Position numbers and translations under genes: made by a program
The notes under the pieces: model-generated
What the model was told of the DNA's origin: nothing
The model's input: the letters and a program-made list of their open reading frames with translations, nothing else
The model's database searches: none
From: Candidatus Heimdallarchaeota archaeon
GTDB lineage: Archaea; Asgardarchaeota; Heimdallarchaeia; Heimdallarchaeales; Kariarchaeaceae
Assembly: GCA_015523565.1 (NCBI GenBank)
Contig: WAKA01000180.1
Span: 1 to 53,122 of the forward strand
Reading direction: 5' to 3'
DNA: 53,122 nucleotides
In this document: positions 29,559-39,081 of the stretch, one piece after another
Numbering within the stretch: position 1 is the stretch's first letter
Layout of the letters: the number at the start of each line of letters is the position of its first letter

Positions 29559-31132
29559 GGACATTGATTTGCTCCTCCTCCCCCTGGGGTTTTAATGATC
29601 AATGTTTCTCCCTTTTCAGCTTTAAATGTGGTTCTTCCTTTGAGCATTCTCTTCTTTCCCTCTTTCGAAATTAGAATGTTCTCCCCGTTTGCGCCTGGAC
29701 CTGCTCCGAATATGCCCCATGGCCTAAATTTCCTTCTTTCCGTTTGCAATGAAACAGTGGCATCACTCTGAAATTCATATTCTCTGACAATGCCATTTCC
29801 ACCTGAAAAATCCCCAGTTCCCCCCGACATTTCTCTAATTTCGTATCGTTTGACTATCAATGGAAACTGACTTTCCAATGCTTCTATTGGAGTGTTCTCT
29901 GTGTTAGTCATATGGCATTGTATCGCGGATGTTCCACCTTCCCTGCATGTAGCGCCACTCCCGCCCCCTATTGTTTCATAAATAGTCCAATTGCCATCCT
30001 CCTTTGTGCCGCCAATTATGACATTATTCATGGTTCCTTGAGATGCTGCTGGAAGCCAAGGTATTAACTGAACCATTGCACCAAGAATAGTGTCTACAAT
30101 CCGTTGACTTGTTTCAGTATTCGCACTTGATGTAGCTACCCTGAAATCAGGATTAACAACACTTCTTTTTGGAGCCTTAATTTCTATAGGTCTAAAACAT
30201 CCCCAATTTGTAGGTACGTTTCTTCCAATCAATAGCCTGACAACATAATATGCCGCTGCCGTAGTAATGGAAAAGGGTGCATTGACATTCCCTGGTTGTT
30301 GTGAATCTGATCCTTCAAAATCAAAAATAATACGGTTATCTTCCGTAATGGTTACTTTGCACCTTATTTTTACAGGGTTGTCATTGTATCCATTGGAATC
30401 AAGGTAATCCTCAAATAAAGCACTACCCTTGGGAAATGATTCTATTATTTTTTCAGTTCCTTGTTTTGATTCTTTGAAAAGTGCTTCATGATATTTCTCA
30501 ACCTGTTCAAACTCTGTATTTTGGATCAATTCCTCTAGTCTTTTGACGCCAAGCATCAATGCAGAATATTGGGCATTAAGATCTCCCTTTCTTTCACGGG
30601 GTGTTCTCACATTTTCTAAAATCAGGTCCATGACATCCTTATTGACTTCCCCTTTTGAGAAAAGCTTGATTGGTGGGATGATCAAGCCCTCTTGATACAC
30701 TTCTGTAGAATTTGCAGGTAGTGAGCCTGGTACCATCCCCCCAACGTCTGCATGATGTGCCCGTGTTGCAACAATATACCTTAATTCCATGTTTTTGTCA
30801 AAAACAGGTGCTAAAAGTGAAATATCTGGTAGATGTGTTCCTCCAAATTCTGCACGGGGAGAATTGACAATGATTGCATCCCCTGCTTCCCATTTCCCCT
30901 TATACTTTTCTAAAATTGGTTTCGCCACAAACCCCATAGACCCTAAATGCACAGGAATGGCCTCTGCCTGAGCAACCAACCTCGCTTGATTGTCAAAAAT
31001 GGCACAAGAAAAATCTGCCCTTTCTTTGATGTTGGGTGAATATGATGATTTTCTGAGTACCTTGCTCATTTCTTCTGCAATCCCTTCTAATCTATTTTGA
31101 AGGATTGTCAGGCTAATTGGGTCAATTTCCAT
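29555..31132 (-). CDS. Hydantoinase/5-oxoprolinase subunit B
   Basis: SPNIKERADFSCA, PVHLGSM, GTHLPD, HHADVGG, QEGL, QGTMNN, YETIGGG, TPGGGG. Confidence 0.95.
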   Translation of the reverse strand: MEIDPISLTILQNRLEGIAEEMSKVLRKSSYSPNIKERADFSCAIFDNQARLVAQAEAIPVHLGSMGFVAKPILEKYKGKWEAGDAIIVNSPRAEFGGTHLPDISLLAPVFDKNMELRYIVATRAHHADVGGMVPGSLPANSTEVYQEGLIIPPIKLFSKGEVNKDVMDLILENVRTPRERKGDLNAQYSALMLGVKRLEELIQNTEFEQVEKYHEALFKESKQGTEKIIESFPKGSALFEDYLDSNGYNDNPVKIRCKVTITEDNRIIFDFEGSDSQQPGNVNAPFSITTAAAYYVVRLLIGRNVPTNWGCFRPIEIKAPKRSVVNPDFRVATSSANTETSQRIVDTILGAMVQLIPWLPAASQGTMNNVIIGGTKEDGNWTIYETIGGGSGATCREGGTSAIQCHMTNTENTPIEALESQFPLIVKRYEIREMSGGTGDFSGGNGIVREYEFQSDATVSLQTERRKFRPWGIFGAGPGANGENILISKEGKKRMLKGRTTFKAEKGETLIIKTPGGGGANQCP

Positions 31133-31174
31133 AAGGTATGTCCTGTTCGATATTTCTAAAACCTTGTCAAAACC

Positions 31175-32107
31175 CTATAATTTGATTAAAATATCCGCAA
31201 GTTTTTCAGCATCATCCAACGCCCTGTCCAATGTCTTTTCACCTGGGATAACATCTCCAATTGCAAAAATTGCAGGATGACTTGTTTGATAGCTGTTTGT
31301 AATAATATGGCCATTCTCATCCATTTCAACCAGACCTTTAACAATGTCTGTATTGGGTTGTGGCTCTCCTTCAATAAAAACAACATCGATTTGCAAATCT
31401 TGCCGTCCTTCAACACTGTCGAATTTAATTCCCTCTACAACATCCGATCCATATATCTCCACATTTTCCACCTTTTTGTAGAATTTTACTGAATCATTGT
31501 TTTTCAATGCCTCAAAATGATCAATTTGCGGGACTTCCTCTCCAATCCATAGAACACTTAATTCTCCAACTACTCCAGAAATGAATCTTGCACTTTTTAA
31601 GGTATATTTGTGATTCCCTATGATTGCCGCCTTTCTCCCCTTGAATAAATTGACATCACAAACCGCACAATCAGAAACACCCTTGTGCAAGTATTCAGTT
31701 TCCCCCTTGAAACCAAAATTTTGTTGTTTTGATCCTGTGGCAACAATCAAAATATTTGCATAGAAATCAACCATCTTTGTTTTGATCAAGAGATTTTCGC
31801 CCTTATCCTCAACGAGAATTGCCTTGCTTGATCTATGTTTTACCCCACTTTGTTTTGCCTCCTCCAATTTAGTCTCTATCCATTTCATGCCTTTTGTATC
31901 TGCGTCTATCTTTTCTGAATCTTCAATATACCCTGCCTTTGCGATTTGGGAATCATATGGACTGCCTAAAACATAAACGTCCTTGCCTGATTCTGCTAGT
32001 TTCTTGGCGAGAGTCAGTCCTGCCACACCCGAACCTAAAACCAAAATGTCTGTCTTTACTGGATCAAAAGTAGGCATTGAAAACATATCATATGTCATCC
32101 TTTTCAT
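31175..32107 (-). CDS. Thioredoxin reductase-like FAD oxidoreductase with a degenerate NADPH-binding site
   Basis: GSGVAG, ATG, GVSDCAVCD, FAIGD. The expected GGGxxA motif is replaced by IIGNHKYT. Confidence 0.8.
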   Translation of the reverse strand: MKRMTYDMFSMPTFDPVKTDILVLGSGVAGLTLAKKLAESGKDVYVLGSPYDSQIAKAGYIEDSEKIDADTKGMKWIETKLEEAKQSGVKHRSSKAILVEDKGENLLIKTKMVDFYANILIVATGSKQQNFGFKGETEYLHKGVSDCAVCDVNLFKGRKAAIIGNHKYTLKSARFISGVVGELSVLWIGEEVPQIDHFEALKNNDSVKFYKKVENVEIYGSDVVEGIKFDSVEGRQDLQIDVVFIEGEPQPNTDIVKGLVEMDENGHIITNSYQTSHPAIFAIGDVIPGEKTLDRALDDAEKLADILIKL

Positions 32108-32206
32108 ATAGATTAATGCTTTGTATCAACCCAAACTCATTGATAAATTTTAAAGATTAATGGGGTGATACCATTTAAATTAAAAAGAAATAAAAAAAAG
32201 GAGATT

Positions 32207-33835
32207 ATGGAACATGAGCACAAGGGGATTAACCCTAATGTTCTCTATGATAAAGTTGTCCTTGGTATGGAAAAGGATCTTGGATCTAAACTATGGGGAA
32301 AAGTACCTCAATCAATTGAAAATATCCCGGAATTGATTACCAGAAAAACAAATAAAACCTCAAAAGAAACTCTGAACAAACTTGTAGATGTTCTTAGGGA
32401 TTTTCATCAAACAAACAATGTTTATTCTGAAAAGGTAGAGGCAAACCTCTTAAAAATCAAGAATGGATCCGTTTTTGTCGGACATCAACCTGTCTTGCTT
32501 GGTGGTCCTGGGTTTATTGCAAATAAAATAGCTGCATTGTCAGCAATCACTGATGAATTAGCTAAACATAATATCCACTTTGCGCCTATTTTCATGATTG
32601 GTGATTATGATGGGCTTCAAAAAGAGTTGGGAAGAACATATTATCCCAATCCAATTTCTGGAAATGCAACGATATTGGATGCAGAACGAGCAATTGATGT
32701 TCCAGATGATACCGTAATTCATTCAGTAAATGTTCCTGACGAAAAATGGTTCTTAGAAATCCTTGCTCAACTTGAGTCTTCTTTCAACGGTTTTAAAAAA
32801 CAAGTGAAAGTTTCTGATAAAAGAAAAATTCTTGAAGAACGGTTTTCCCACATTGCTTCCTTTCTTAGATTGACCCATTCTTATTCGAAAACATTTCCAG
32901 ATTTTTTTGTCAAGGTTTGGGGTTATCTGACCAACAAATTAAACGATTATGGGATTGTTTTCCTTCCTACATCTCTGCCGACCATCAGGAAACTCTATGG
33001 TTCCGCTTTATTCAAAATGGCTCAAAACCATGAGATATATGTTCATGAATTTAACGAAACCTACAATTGGATCTCAAGTCTAGGTTATCATCCCACTCTT
33101 CCAAAAAGGGATCTTAAATATCTTCCATTCTTCTATGAATGCCCTTGCACACAATTTCGTGTACCATTGGAAATCAATGGAAACAATGGTCATGGTAAGT
33201 GCAAAAATTGTGGACACACTATTGATATTCCAATTGATGAGCTTGATTCATTCATGAACCACATTGAAAAAATCGGTCCACGTGTTGATTCTTCACAAGT
33301 TGCGTTTCAAGATCTTCTCAACATCCAAGTGCGGATTTCGGGTCCTGGTGAAATTGCCTACTATACAATTGTTTCTCCTGCTGTTCGTGCCGCTGGATTT
33401 GAAACCCCTGTGTTTTTTAAGTACAAAAGGGTCTTCTATAACACCCCTTGGAACGAAAAACTTGGTAAACTTCTTGCTCAACGCAAACAACCTTCATTGC
33501 ATACCTCCGAATTGTTCAAACTTGTCCGAAAGAGAATTGATGCCATAAAAAATGATGACTTGGATAACTTTAGAGATGCAGAAATTTCCATGGATCGTTT
33601 CATTAATGCGACATTTCAAAACCTAGGAAAATATAGGACCAAGCTTGATGCCCAAAAATATTTGTCATGGATGTTCGGGCAGTTTGCGCCCCAAAAATTT
33701 GGACAGGAGGTGTCATGGGTTTGGATAGATATGGCATTACAGACTGGATTGAATGATTATATCCCAACATACCGTCGATTATACCACAAATATTCAATTC
33801 CGGGTTTAAAGCAATTCATCAATACAATGACCTGA
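32207..33835 (+). CDS. bshC: Bacillithiol cysteine-adding enzyme BshC-like
   Basis: VGHQPVLLGGPGFIANK (cf. TGQQxGLxxGPLYxxxK), PIFMIGDYD, GPGEIAYY. ATG 32207 with AGGAG SD and TTTAAAT upstream. Confidence 0.78.
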   Translation: MEHEHKGINPNVLYDKVVLGMEKDLGSKLWGKVPQSIENIPELITRKTNKTSKETLNKLVDVLRDFHQTNNVYSEKVEANLLKIKNGSVFVGHQPVLLGGPGFIANKIAALSAITDELAKHNIHFAPIFMIGDYDGLQKELGRTYYPNPISGNATILDAERAIDVPDDTVIHSVNVPDEKWFLEILAQLESSFNGFKKQVKVSDKRKILEERFSHIASFLRLTHSYSKTFPDFFVKVWGYLTNKLNDYGIVFLPTSLPTIRKLYGSALFKMAQNHEIYVHEFNETYNWISSLGYHPTLPKRDLKYLPFFYECPCTQFRVPLEINGNNGHGKCKNCGHTIDIPIDELDSFMNHIEKIGPRVDSSQVAFQDLLNIQVRISGPGEIAYYTIVSPAVRAAGFETPVFFKYKRVFYNTPWNEKLGKLLAQRKQPSLHTSELFKLVRKRIDAIKNDDLDNFRDAEISMDRFINATFQNLGKYRTKLDAQKYLSWMFGQFAPQKFGQEVSWVWIDMALQTGLNDYIPTYRRLYHKYSIPGLKQFINTMT

Positions 33836-33913
33836 AAAAATTGAAAATCGATCTGTGAATTATCAATTCGTATAAATAGGTAACTTCCATAAAAGGGGTG
33901 AGGCAATCTTAGA

Positions 33914-35848
33914 ATGACTCAGTTCAACTTGCAGGATGCATTGAAAGATCTACCAAAGATCGCTCCTCTTGATTATGATAGACCTGTAGAACGTTTTGCT
34001 GTTAGATGGGGTGGCGCCGCAGGTGACGGTCTCCAATCTACAGGGCTTTTGGTTTCAAAATATTTTAATAAATTGGGATATCATATCCATGGTGTTCCTG
34101 GCAATCAATCCGCTATTAGAGGTGGACACATTTGGTATCACCTTGAATTTTCGACAAAAGAATTCCATAACTACGACAATATGGCAGATATGCTGATTGC
34201 CTTGAATGAATTTTCAATAGGTATGCACCTAAAGGAATTAAAAAAGAAGGGAATTCTCCTCTACAATAACAGTAAACGGGTAAATCTCGACAAATTCAAG
34301 GATCAAATCGAAGAAAAGGAAATTACTGTGATTGCAGTTCCATTAACAAACATTGCCCGTGAAATCGAATTGAAAACTCCTGTTCTTGGAAATACTGTTG
34401 CAGTTGGGGCAATGCTGAAAATTCTTGATTTGCCAACTGAACCCTATCTTGAAACCTTGAAAAAACGATTTTTCACAAAAGAAAGAATTTACAAGATGAA
34501 TGAAGAAGCTCTTCATAAAGGATATGATTTTGTTGATAAAAACACATCCATTCGTCTGAAAATGGCATCAACAACATTGGAGCCTTCACATGGAATTGTC
34601 GTTAACGGAAACCATGGTGTCGCATTGGGTGCCGCCGCCGCAGGACTGAAATTCCTTGCACAATACCCAATCACCCCTGCATCCAGCATTTTGACGTATT
34701 TGGCAAAAAATGCCAAAAAATTTGGAATTGTTGTCAGACAAGTTGAAGATGAAATCTCTGCAATTTCTTCAATAGTCGGTGCAGGATGGGCTGGTGTCAG
34801 GGCAATGACTGCAACATCTGGTCCTGGAATCTCATTGATGGCTGAAAACATTGGATTGGCTGGCATTACGGAAACACCAATTGTTATTGTAGATTCTATG
34901 AGGGGTGGTCCCTCAACAGGCGTCCCAACCAAAACTGAACAAGGAGATTTGTTGCCTGTCATAAATGTAAGCCATGGTGAGTTCCCACGGGCAGTATTTG
35001 CACCTAGGAACATTCAAGAGGCTTATTCCCTCACAGTCAAGGCATTTAATATTGCCGAGAAATATCAAATGCCCGTATTTGTTCTTGTTGATTTTGGTCT
35101 TTCTGAAAGGCTTGAAAATGTCAAACCATTTGATTTTGATGTTGAGATAGACAGGGGTAAAATATGGGATGGGCCAACCGACGAACTTCCTGAATACCAT
35201 AGATATGCATTCACTGACGACGGTATTTCTCCACGGGCATTTCCTCCCTCTCCTGAAGGAAAGCATATTGCAGTCGGTGCCGAGCATGACATCGATTCAT
35301 TTTCACTTGCAGGTCATAAGGCTGGCTTTCCAGAAGCAAGAATTGCAAAAGTCAAAATGTTTGAAAAAAGGTATCGGAAACTGGAAAAACTAGCTAAAGA
35401 GGATATGGCTCCTCCTAAATGGGATGGTCCTGAAAATGCAGACTATACTCTCGTTTGCTGGGGAAGTGTCTATTCCGCATGTATTGAAGCCATGAATGTT
35501 CTTAACCAACAAACTGAATTTACTTGGAATGTATTGAGCTTTGCTGAAATGTATCCTGTTCCCACAGAAAAAGTCAAAACTGAATTATCTAAAATCAATG
35601 CCAGCATAATGGTGGAAGCAAACTATACTGGACAGCTTGAGTACCTGTTGTGGCTTTATGCCCAATGGAGACCAAATGGGAGCATTAGACATATTGATGG
35701 GGAAATTCTTACAGCAACTCGCATTATTTCCTACCTTAAGGACTTGAAATTGGTGGAAGACCCTTACTCAGTTCCATACAGCATTCCTTCCAAAGAATGG
35801 AATGACGTAGGCTATATTGTCGCGAATAAGGCAAGTCATCCACTTTAA
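33914..35848 (+). CDS. korA: 2-oxoacid:ferredoxin oxidoreductase alpha subunit (gamma-alpha fusion)
   Basis: GGAAGDG, IRGGH, YPITPAS, QVEDEI, TATSGPG, RGGPSTGVPTKTEQGD, WGS, EANYTGQL. Confidence 0.95.
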   Translation: MTQFNLQDALKDLPKIAPLDYDRPVERFAVRWGGAAGDGLQSTGLLVSKYFNKLGYHIHGVPGNQSAIRGGHIWYHLEFSTKEFHNYDNMADMLIALNEFSIGMHLKELKKKGILLYNNSKRVNLDKFKDQIEEKEITVIAVPLTNIAREIELKTPVLGNTVAVGAMLKILDLPTEPYLETLKKRFFTKERIYKMNEEALHKGYDFVDKNTSIRLKMASTTLEPSHGIVVNGNHGVALGAAAAGLKFLAQYPITPASSILTYLAKNAKKFGIVVRQVEDEISAISSIVGAGWAGVRAMTATSGPGISLMAENIGLAGITETPIVIVDSMRGGPSTGVPTKTEQGDLLPVINVSHGEFPRAVFAPRNIQEAYSLTVKAFNIAEKYQMPVFVLVDFGLSERLENVKPFDFDVEIDRGKIWDGPTDELPEYHRYAFTDDGISPRAFPPSPEGKHIAVGAEHDIDSFSLAGHKAGFPEARIAKVKMFEKRYRKLEKLAKEDMAPPKWDGPENADYTLVCWGSVYSACIEAMNVLNQQTEFTWNVLSFAEMYPVPTEKVKTELSKINASIMVEANYTGQLEYLLWLYAQWRPNGSIRHIDGEILTATRIISYLKDLKLVEDPYSVPYSIPSKEWNDVGYIVANKASHPL

Positions 35849-35860
35849 TCTTTAAATTCC

Positions 35861-36910
35861 TTATTCATTCAATCTTGCAATCAAATTTTCTACATTCAAT
35901 TCTTCCATAATTTTGTCCCATTCAATCAACTTTTCCTCTTGATCTGGTCTTATAAGACCCCTGATCTTATGAGTTGCTAAGTATTGAACTGTTGTGTATG
36001 TGTCCCAATTTACCAATACAATGGGTATTTTCCTCTCTTGTGCTCTAGCAAGTACTGTTGAGGGCGGATAAATTCCACCTGTCAATATCAGCATCGAGGT
36101 ATCTGTCTCCATGGCTGCTAATGCCAGTGCAGGTCGATCTCCTCCAATAATGACCGCCTTGTTTACCGATCTTCTAAAAAATTTCAACGCACTGTCCAAC
36201 TCCATGGCACCAACTTGGAAATCTTCAACAATTTTATTCTTGCATTCCTCACAGCAAAGATATTTTGCACCCAATAATGAAACAATTTCTTCAACTGTTG
36301 GCGCTGAAAGATTAGATTTGTCAGGAATTACTCCTATCAACGGTATTTGCCATTCCCTTGTTACTGTTTCTGCTATTGCCTTCTCTCTTTCAATAACTTC
36401 CAAGGGAACTAAAGAAAGAACGGTTCCTGTCAATTCTATATCTATATCATTGAAATAAGAGACACCAAGTGCCAAATCATCCAATTGGGAGTCATTCGAA
36501 CCTGATACCAACAGTAACACTTCTGTTTCTAGCATTTTTGCAAGTTCCCTTGCAGAGAGACCTAATGTAGCTAAATAATTCATGGTTTTACAACCTTCAA
36601 CAACTAGGACTTCATATTTTTGGTTCAATGTCTCATAGGCGTTTTTGATTTTTTCAATCAACCTCTCAATTTCCTCTTTACTCAGATCATAATCCCATTC
36701 ACTTATTGTTACTGGGGCGATGGTGTCTTCGTCTTCTTCCATTTTTAGGAACTCTTTTGCAACCAACGCATCTTGATCATCTTTTGAAGCCCTAATTGGT
36801 TTGAAATAACCGACTTTATATCCCTCTTTTACAATTCTCCTGGCAAGTGCCAAAGTAAATGAACTTTTTCCTATACGCTCATGACATGATGTAATCATTA
36901 AATTCTTCAT
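35861..36910 (-). CDS. Phosphotransacetylase N-terminal-like protein (BioD-like P-loop plus DRTGG domain)
   Basis: GKS, VGYFKP, VVEG, VGAM, GGDR, LTGG. 4-nt overlap with the upstream ACD gene. Confidence 0.88.
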   Translation of the reverse strand: MKNLMITSCHERIGKSSFTLALARRIVKEGYKVGYFKPIRASKDDQDALVAKEFLKMEEDEDTIAPVTISEWDYDLSKEEIERLIEKIKNAYETLNQKYEVLVVEGCKTMNYLATLGLSARELAKMLETEVLLLVSGSNDSQLDDLALGVSYFNDIDIELTGTVLSLVPLEVIEREKAIAETVTREWQIPLIGVIPDKSNLSAPTVEEIVSLLGAKYLCCEECKNKIVEDFQVGAMELDSALKFFRRSVNKAVIIGGDRPALALAAMETDTSMLILTGGIYPPSTVLARAQERKIPIVLVNWDTYTTVQYLATHKIRGLIRPDQEEKLIEWDKIMEELNVENLIARLNE

Positions 36911-39081
36911 TGCTCTTCCTCCTGATTTTCTTTCTGTGCAAAATGATCCTCCTTGGATATGGTGATCTTCACATCCACGGCCATTACTCCAATTTCATCT
37001 GCAAACATTGGGTTAATGTCAAGATCTGTTATCTGTGGAAAATCTTGAATTAACTTTGAAATTCTTTCCACTGCCTCAATAATTTGAGGAATGTTTGCCT
37101 TCTTTCCTCCTCTCGCCCCTTGCAAAATTGAAAATACTTTGGTATTTTGCAACATTTCTGTCGCTTCTGTATGTGTAATCGGAATTAAACCAAAACTTAC
37201 ATCCTCATAGACATTGGTATATATGCCGCCTGTTCCAACAATTGCCAAATGACCAAATTGTGGGTCTTTTGAAACTCCTACAATCAGTTCTGTTGATGGG
37301 GTTGCAAGCTGTTGAATATCCACTCCAATCACTTTTGCATGTGGATAATGTTTCCTGGCCGACCGCATCATTTCCTCAAAAGCATCCAAAAGTTCATTCT
37401 CATTTTTGATCCCAATGCGGACACCTCCGATATCTGTCTTATGTAAAATGTTTGGGGATGTAATTTTCAATACCAATGGATATCCAATATTGTTTGCAAT
37501 TTCAATTGCCTCTTTTCTCGAAAAAGCTGTTGCCGTTTCTGGTACCCTTATCCCATATGCACCCGCAACTTTTATTGCTTCGCTTCCCAAAAGGGTTACC
37601 CTTCCTTTTTCTATCACGGCGTCAAATATTTTTTGAACCGTGTCCCTGTCAACATCTGGAAAATCACGGGGCATTTCATAAAATTCTGGTCTTGCCAAAA
37701 TCTCTTGATATTTCCACAACCCTGCAAGGGCAACAACACCTTTCTCTGGAAATGGAAATGCTGGGATGTGGTGTGACTTTAAAATCTGGAGCCCCTTCTC
37801 CATCTCCTTGCCACCAAAAAATGATACCGCTATCGGTTTTGACGGGTATATCTCATTTATTTCAATGATTGTTTTCGCAATTTCCTCTGGTGCGGTCATT
37901 TCCTGCGGTGCCAAAATCACTAAAATCATTCCGACGTTTGGATCTTTCATTGCCAATTCCATTGCAAGCCTATACTCTTTTGCCCCCCCAGTTCCCAACA
38001 CATCAATTGGATTATGAGTTGCCGCGGCAGGATGCAGGTTTTCTTTCAATGTATTGATTGTCTGGGCTGTCAAAGTCGCCAAGTTCAATCCATTAAATTC
38101 TGCATGGTCTGTTGCCAATATTCCTGGTCCGCCTGCATTGGTTATTATGCATAAGTTATTTGATTTTGGCAATGGTTGCCAACTGAATGTTGTTGCCACT
38201 GTAAAAAGATCCTCTACCGTCTCAACTCGAATAACCCCTGCTTTTCTGAAGGCAGTCTCATATGCGGTATTGGCTCCTGCCATGGCTCCAGTATGTGATG
38301 ACGCCGCTTTTGCTCCCGCTTTAGAGATACCTGATTTTATCGCTATTACGGGTTTTTTCCTGACTATACGTCTGCATACATCAATAAATGCTCTTCCCTT
38401 GTTTATCGCTTCAAGATACAAGAGAATCGCTTGTGTATTTCTATCGTTTCCCATTAATTCAATCAATTCTACTTCATCCACATCTAACTTGTTTCCAACA
38501 GAAACAAATTTTGAAAATCCAATTTCTTCCTTGATTGACCAATCCAATATCCCCGTAATCAATGCGCCAGATTGGGAAATAAACCCTAAATTCCCTTTTC
38601 TTGAATTGCTTTTTGTAAAGGTAATATTCATTGGTGTAAAATTGTCAATTAGACCTAAACAATTTGGACCAACGACCCTCATTCCATGTTTCCGTATTTT
38701 TTTGAATAATTTCTGCTCAAGCTTACTGCCTTCAGCCCCAATCTCTTTAAAACCCGCTGAAATTATTAAAACCGCCTTAATTTCCAAAGATGCTGCCTCA
38801 TCAATCAAATCAAGAACAAACTGTGACGGAATGGACACTACAAGAAGATCTATAGGTTCCCCAATCTCCGAAAGGGTCTTATATGCTTTGAGACCTTGGA
38901 CTTCCTTGTGTTTCAGATTTACTGGATAAATCTTGCCTTGATATCCACTTTTCAAAAGATTGTGGAGCAAACTGTATCCTACTTTTGAAGGGTTGTTGGA
39001 TGCCCCAACTATTGCGACACTGCTTGGAGTAAAAAAATTCTGTAAAACCTCAAGATCTTGTACTAATTGCAATTTAACCAT
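36907..39081 (-). CDS. ADP-forming acetate/acyl-CoA ligase, fused alpha-beta
   Basis: VAIVGAS, GPNCLG, SQSGA, SVGNKLD, phospho-His SHTG, TNAGGPG, NPID, ATP-grasp HKTDIGGV, DINP. Confidence 0.95.
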   Translation of the reverse strand: MVKLQLVQDLEVLQNFFTPSSVAIVGASNNPSKVGYSLLHNLLKSGYQGKIYPVNLKHKEVQGLKAYKTLSEIGEPIDLLVVSIPSQFVLDLIDEAASLEIKAVLIISAGFKEIGAEGSKLEQKLFKKIRKHGMRVVGPNCLGLIDNFTPMNITFTKSNSRKGNLGFISQSGALITGILDWSIKEEIGFSKFVSVGNKLDVDEVELIELMGNDRNTQAILLYLEAINKGRAFIDVCRRIVRKKPVIAIKSGISKAGAKAASSHTGAMAGANTAYETAFRKAGVIRVETVEDLFTVATTFSWQPLPKSNNLCIITNAGGPGILATDHAEFNGLNLATLTAQTINTLKENLHPAAATHNPIDVLGTGGAKEYRLAMELAMKDPNVGMILVILAPQEMTAPEEIAKTIIEINEIYPSKPIAVSFFGGKEMEKGLQILKSHHIPAFPFPEKGVVALAGLWKYQEILARPEFYEMPRDFPDVDRDTVQKIFDAVIEKGRVTLLGSEAIKVAGAYGIRVPETATAFSRKEAIEIANNIGYPLVLKITSPNILHKTDIGGVRIGIKNENELLDAFEEMMRSARKHYPHAKVIGVDIQQLATPSTELIVGVSKDPQFGHLAIVGTGGIYTNVYEDVSFGLIPITHTEATEMLQNTKVFSILQGARGGKKANIPQIIEAVERISKLIQDFPQITDLDINPMFADEIGVMAVDVKITISKEDHFAQKENQEEEQ

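Noticed and set aside
38054-38929. 291-aa ORF on the plus strand
   Set aside because: It is the antisense shadow of the well-supported ACD gene and has no recognisable motifs.
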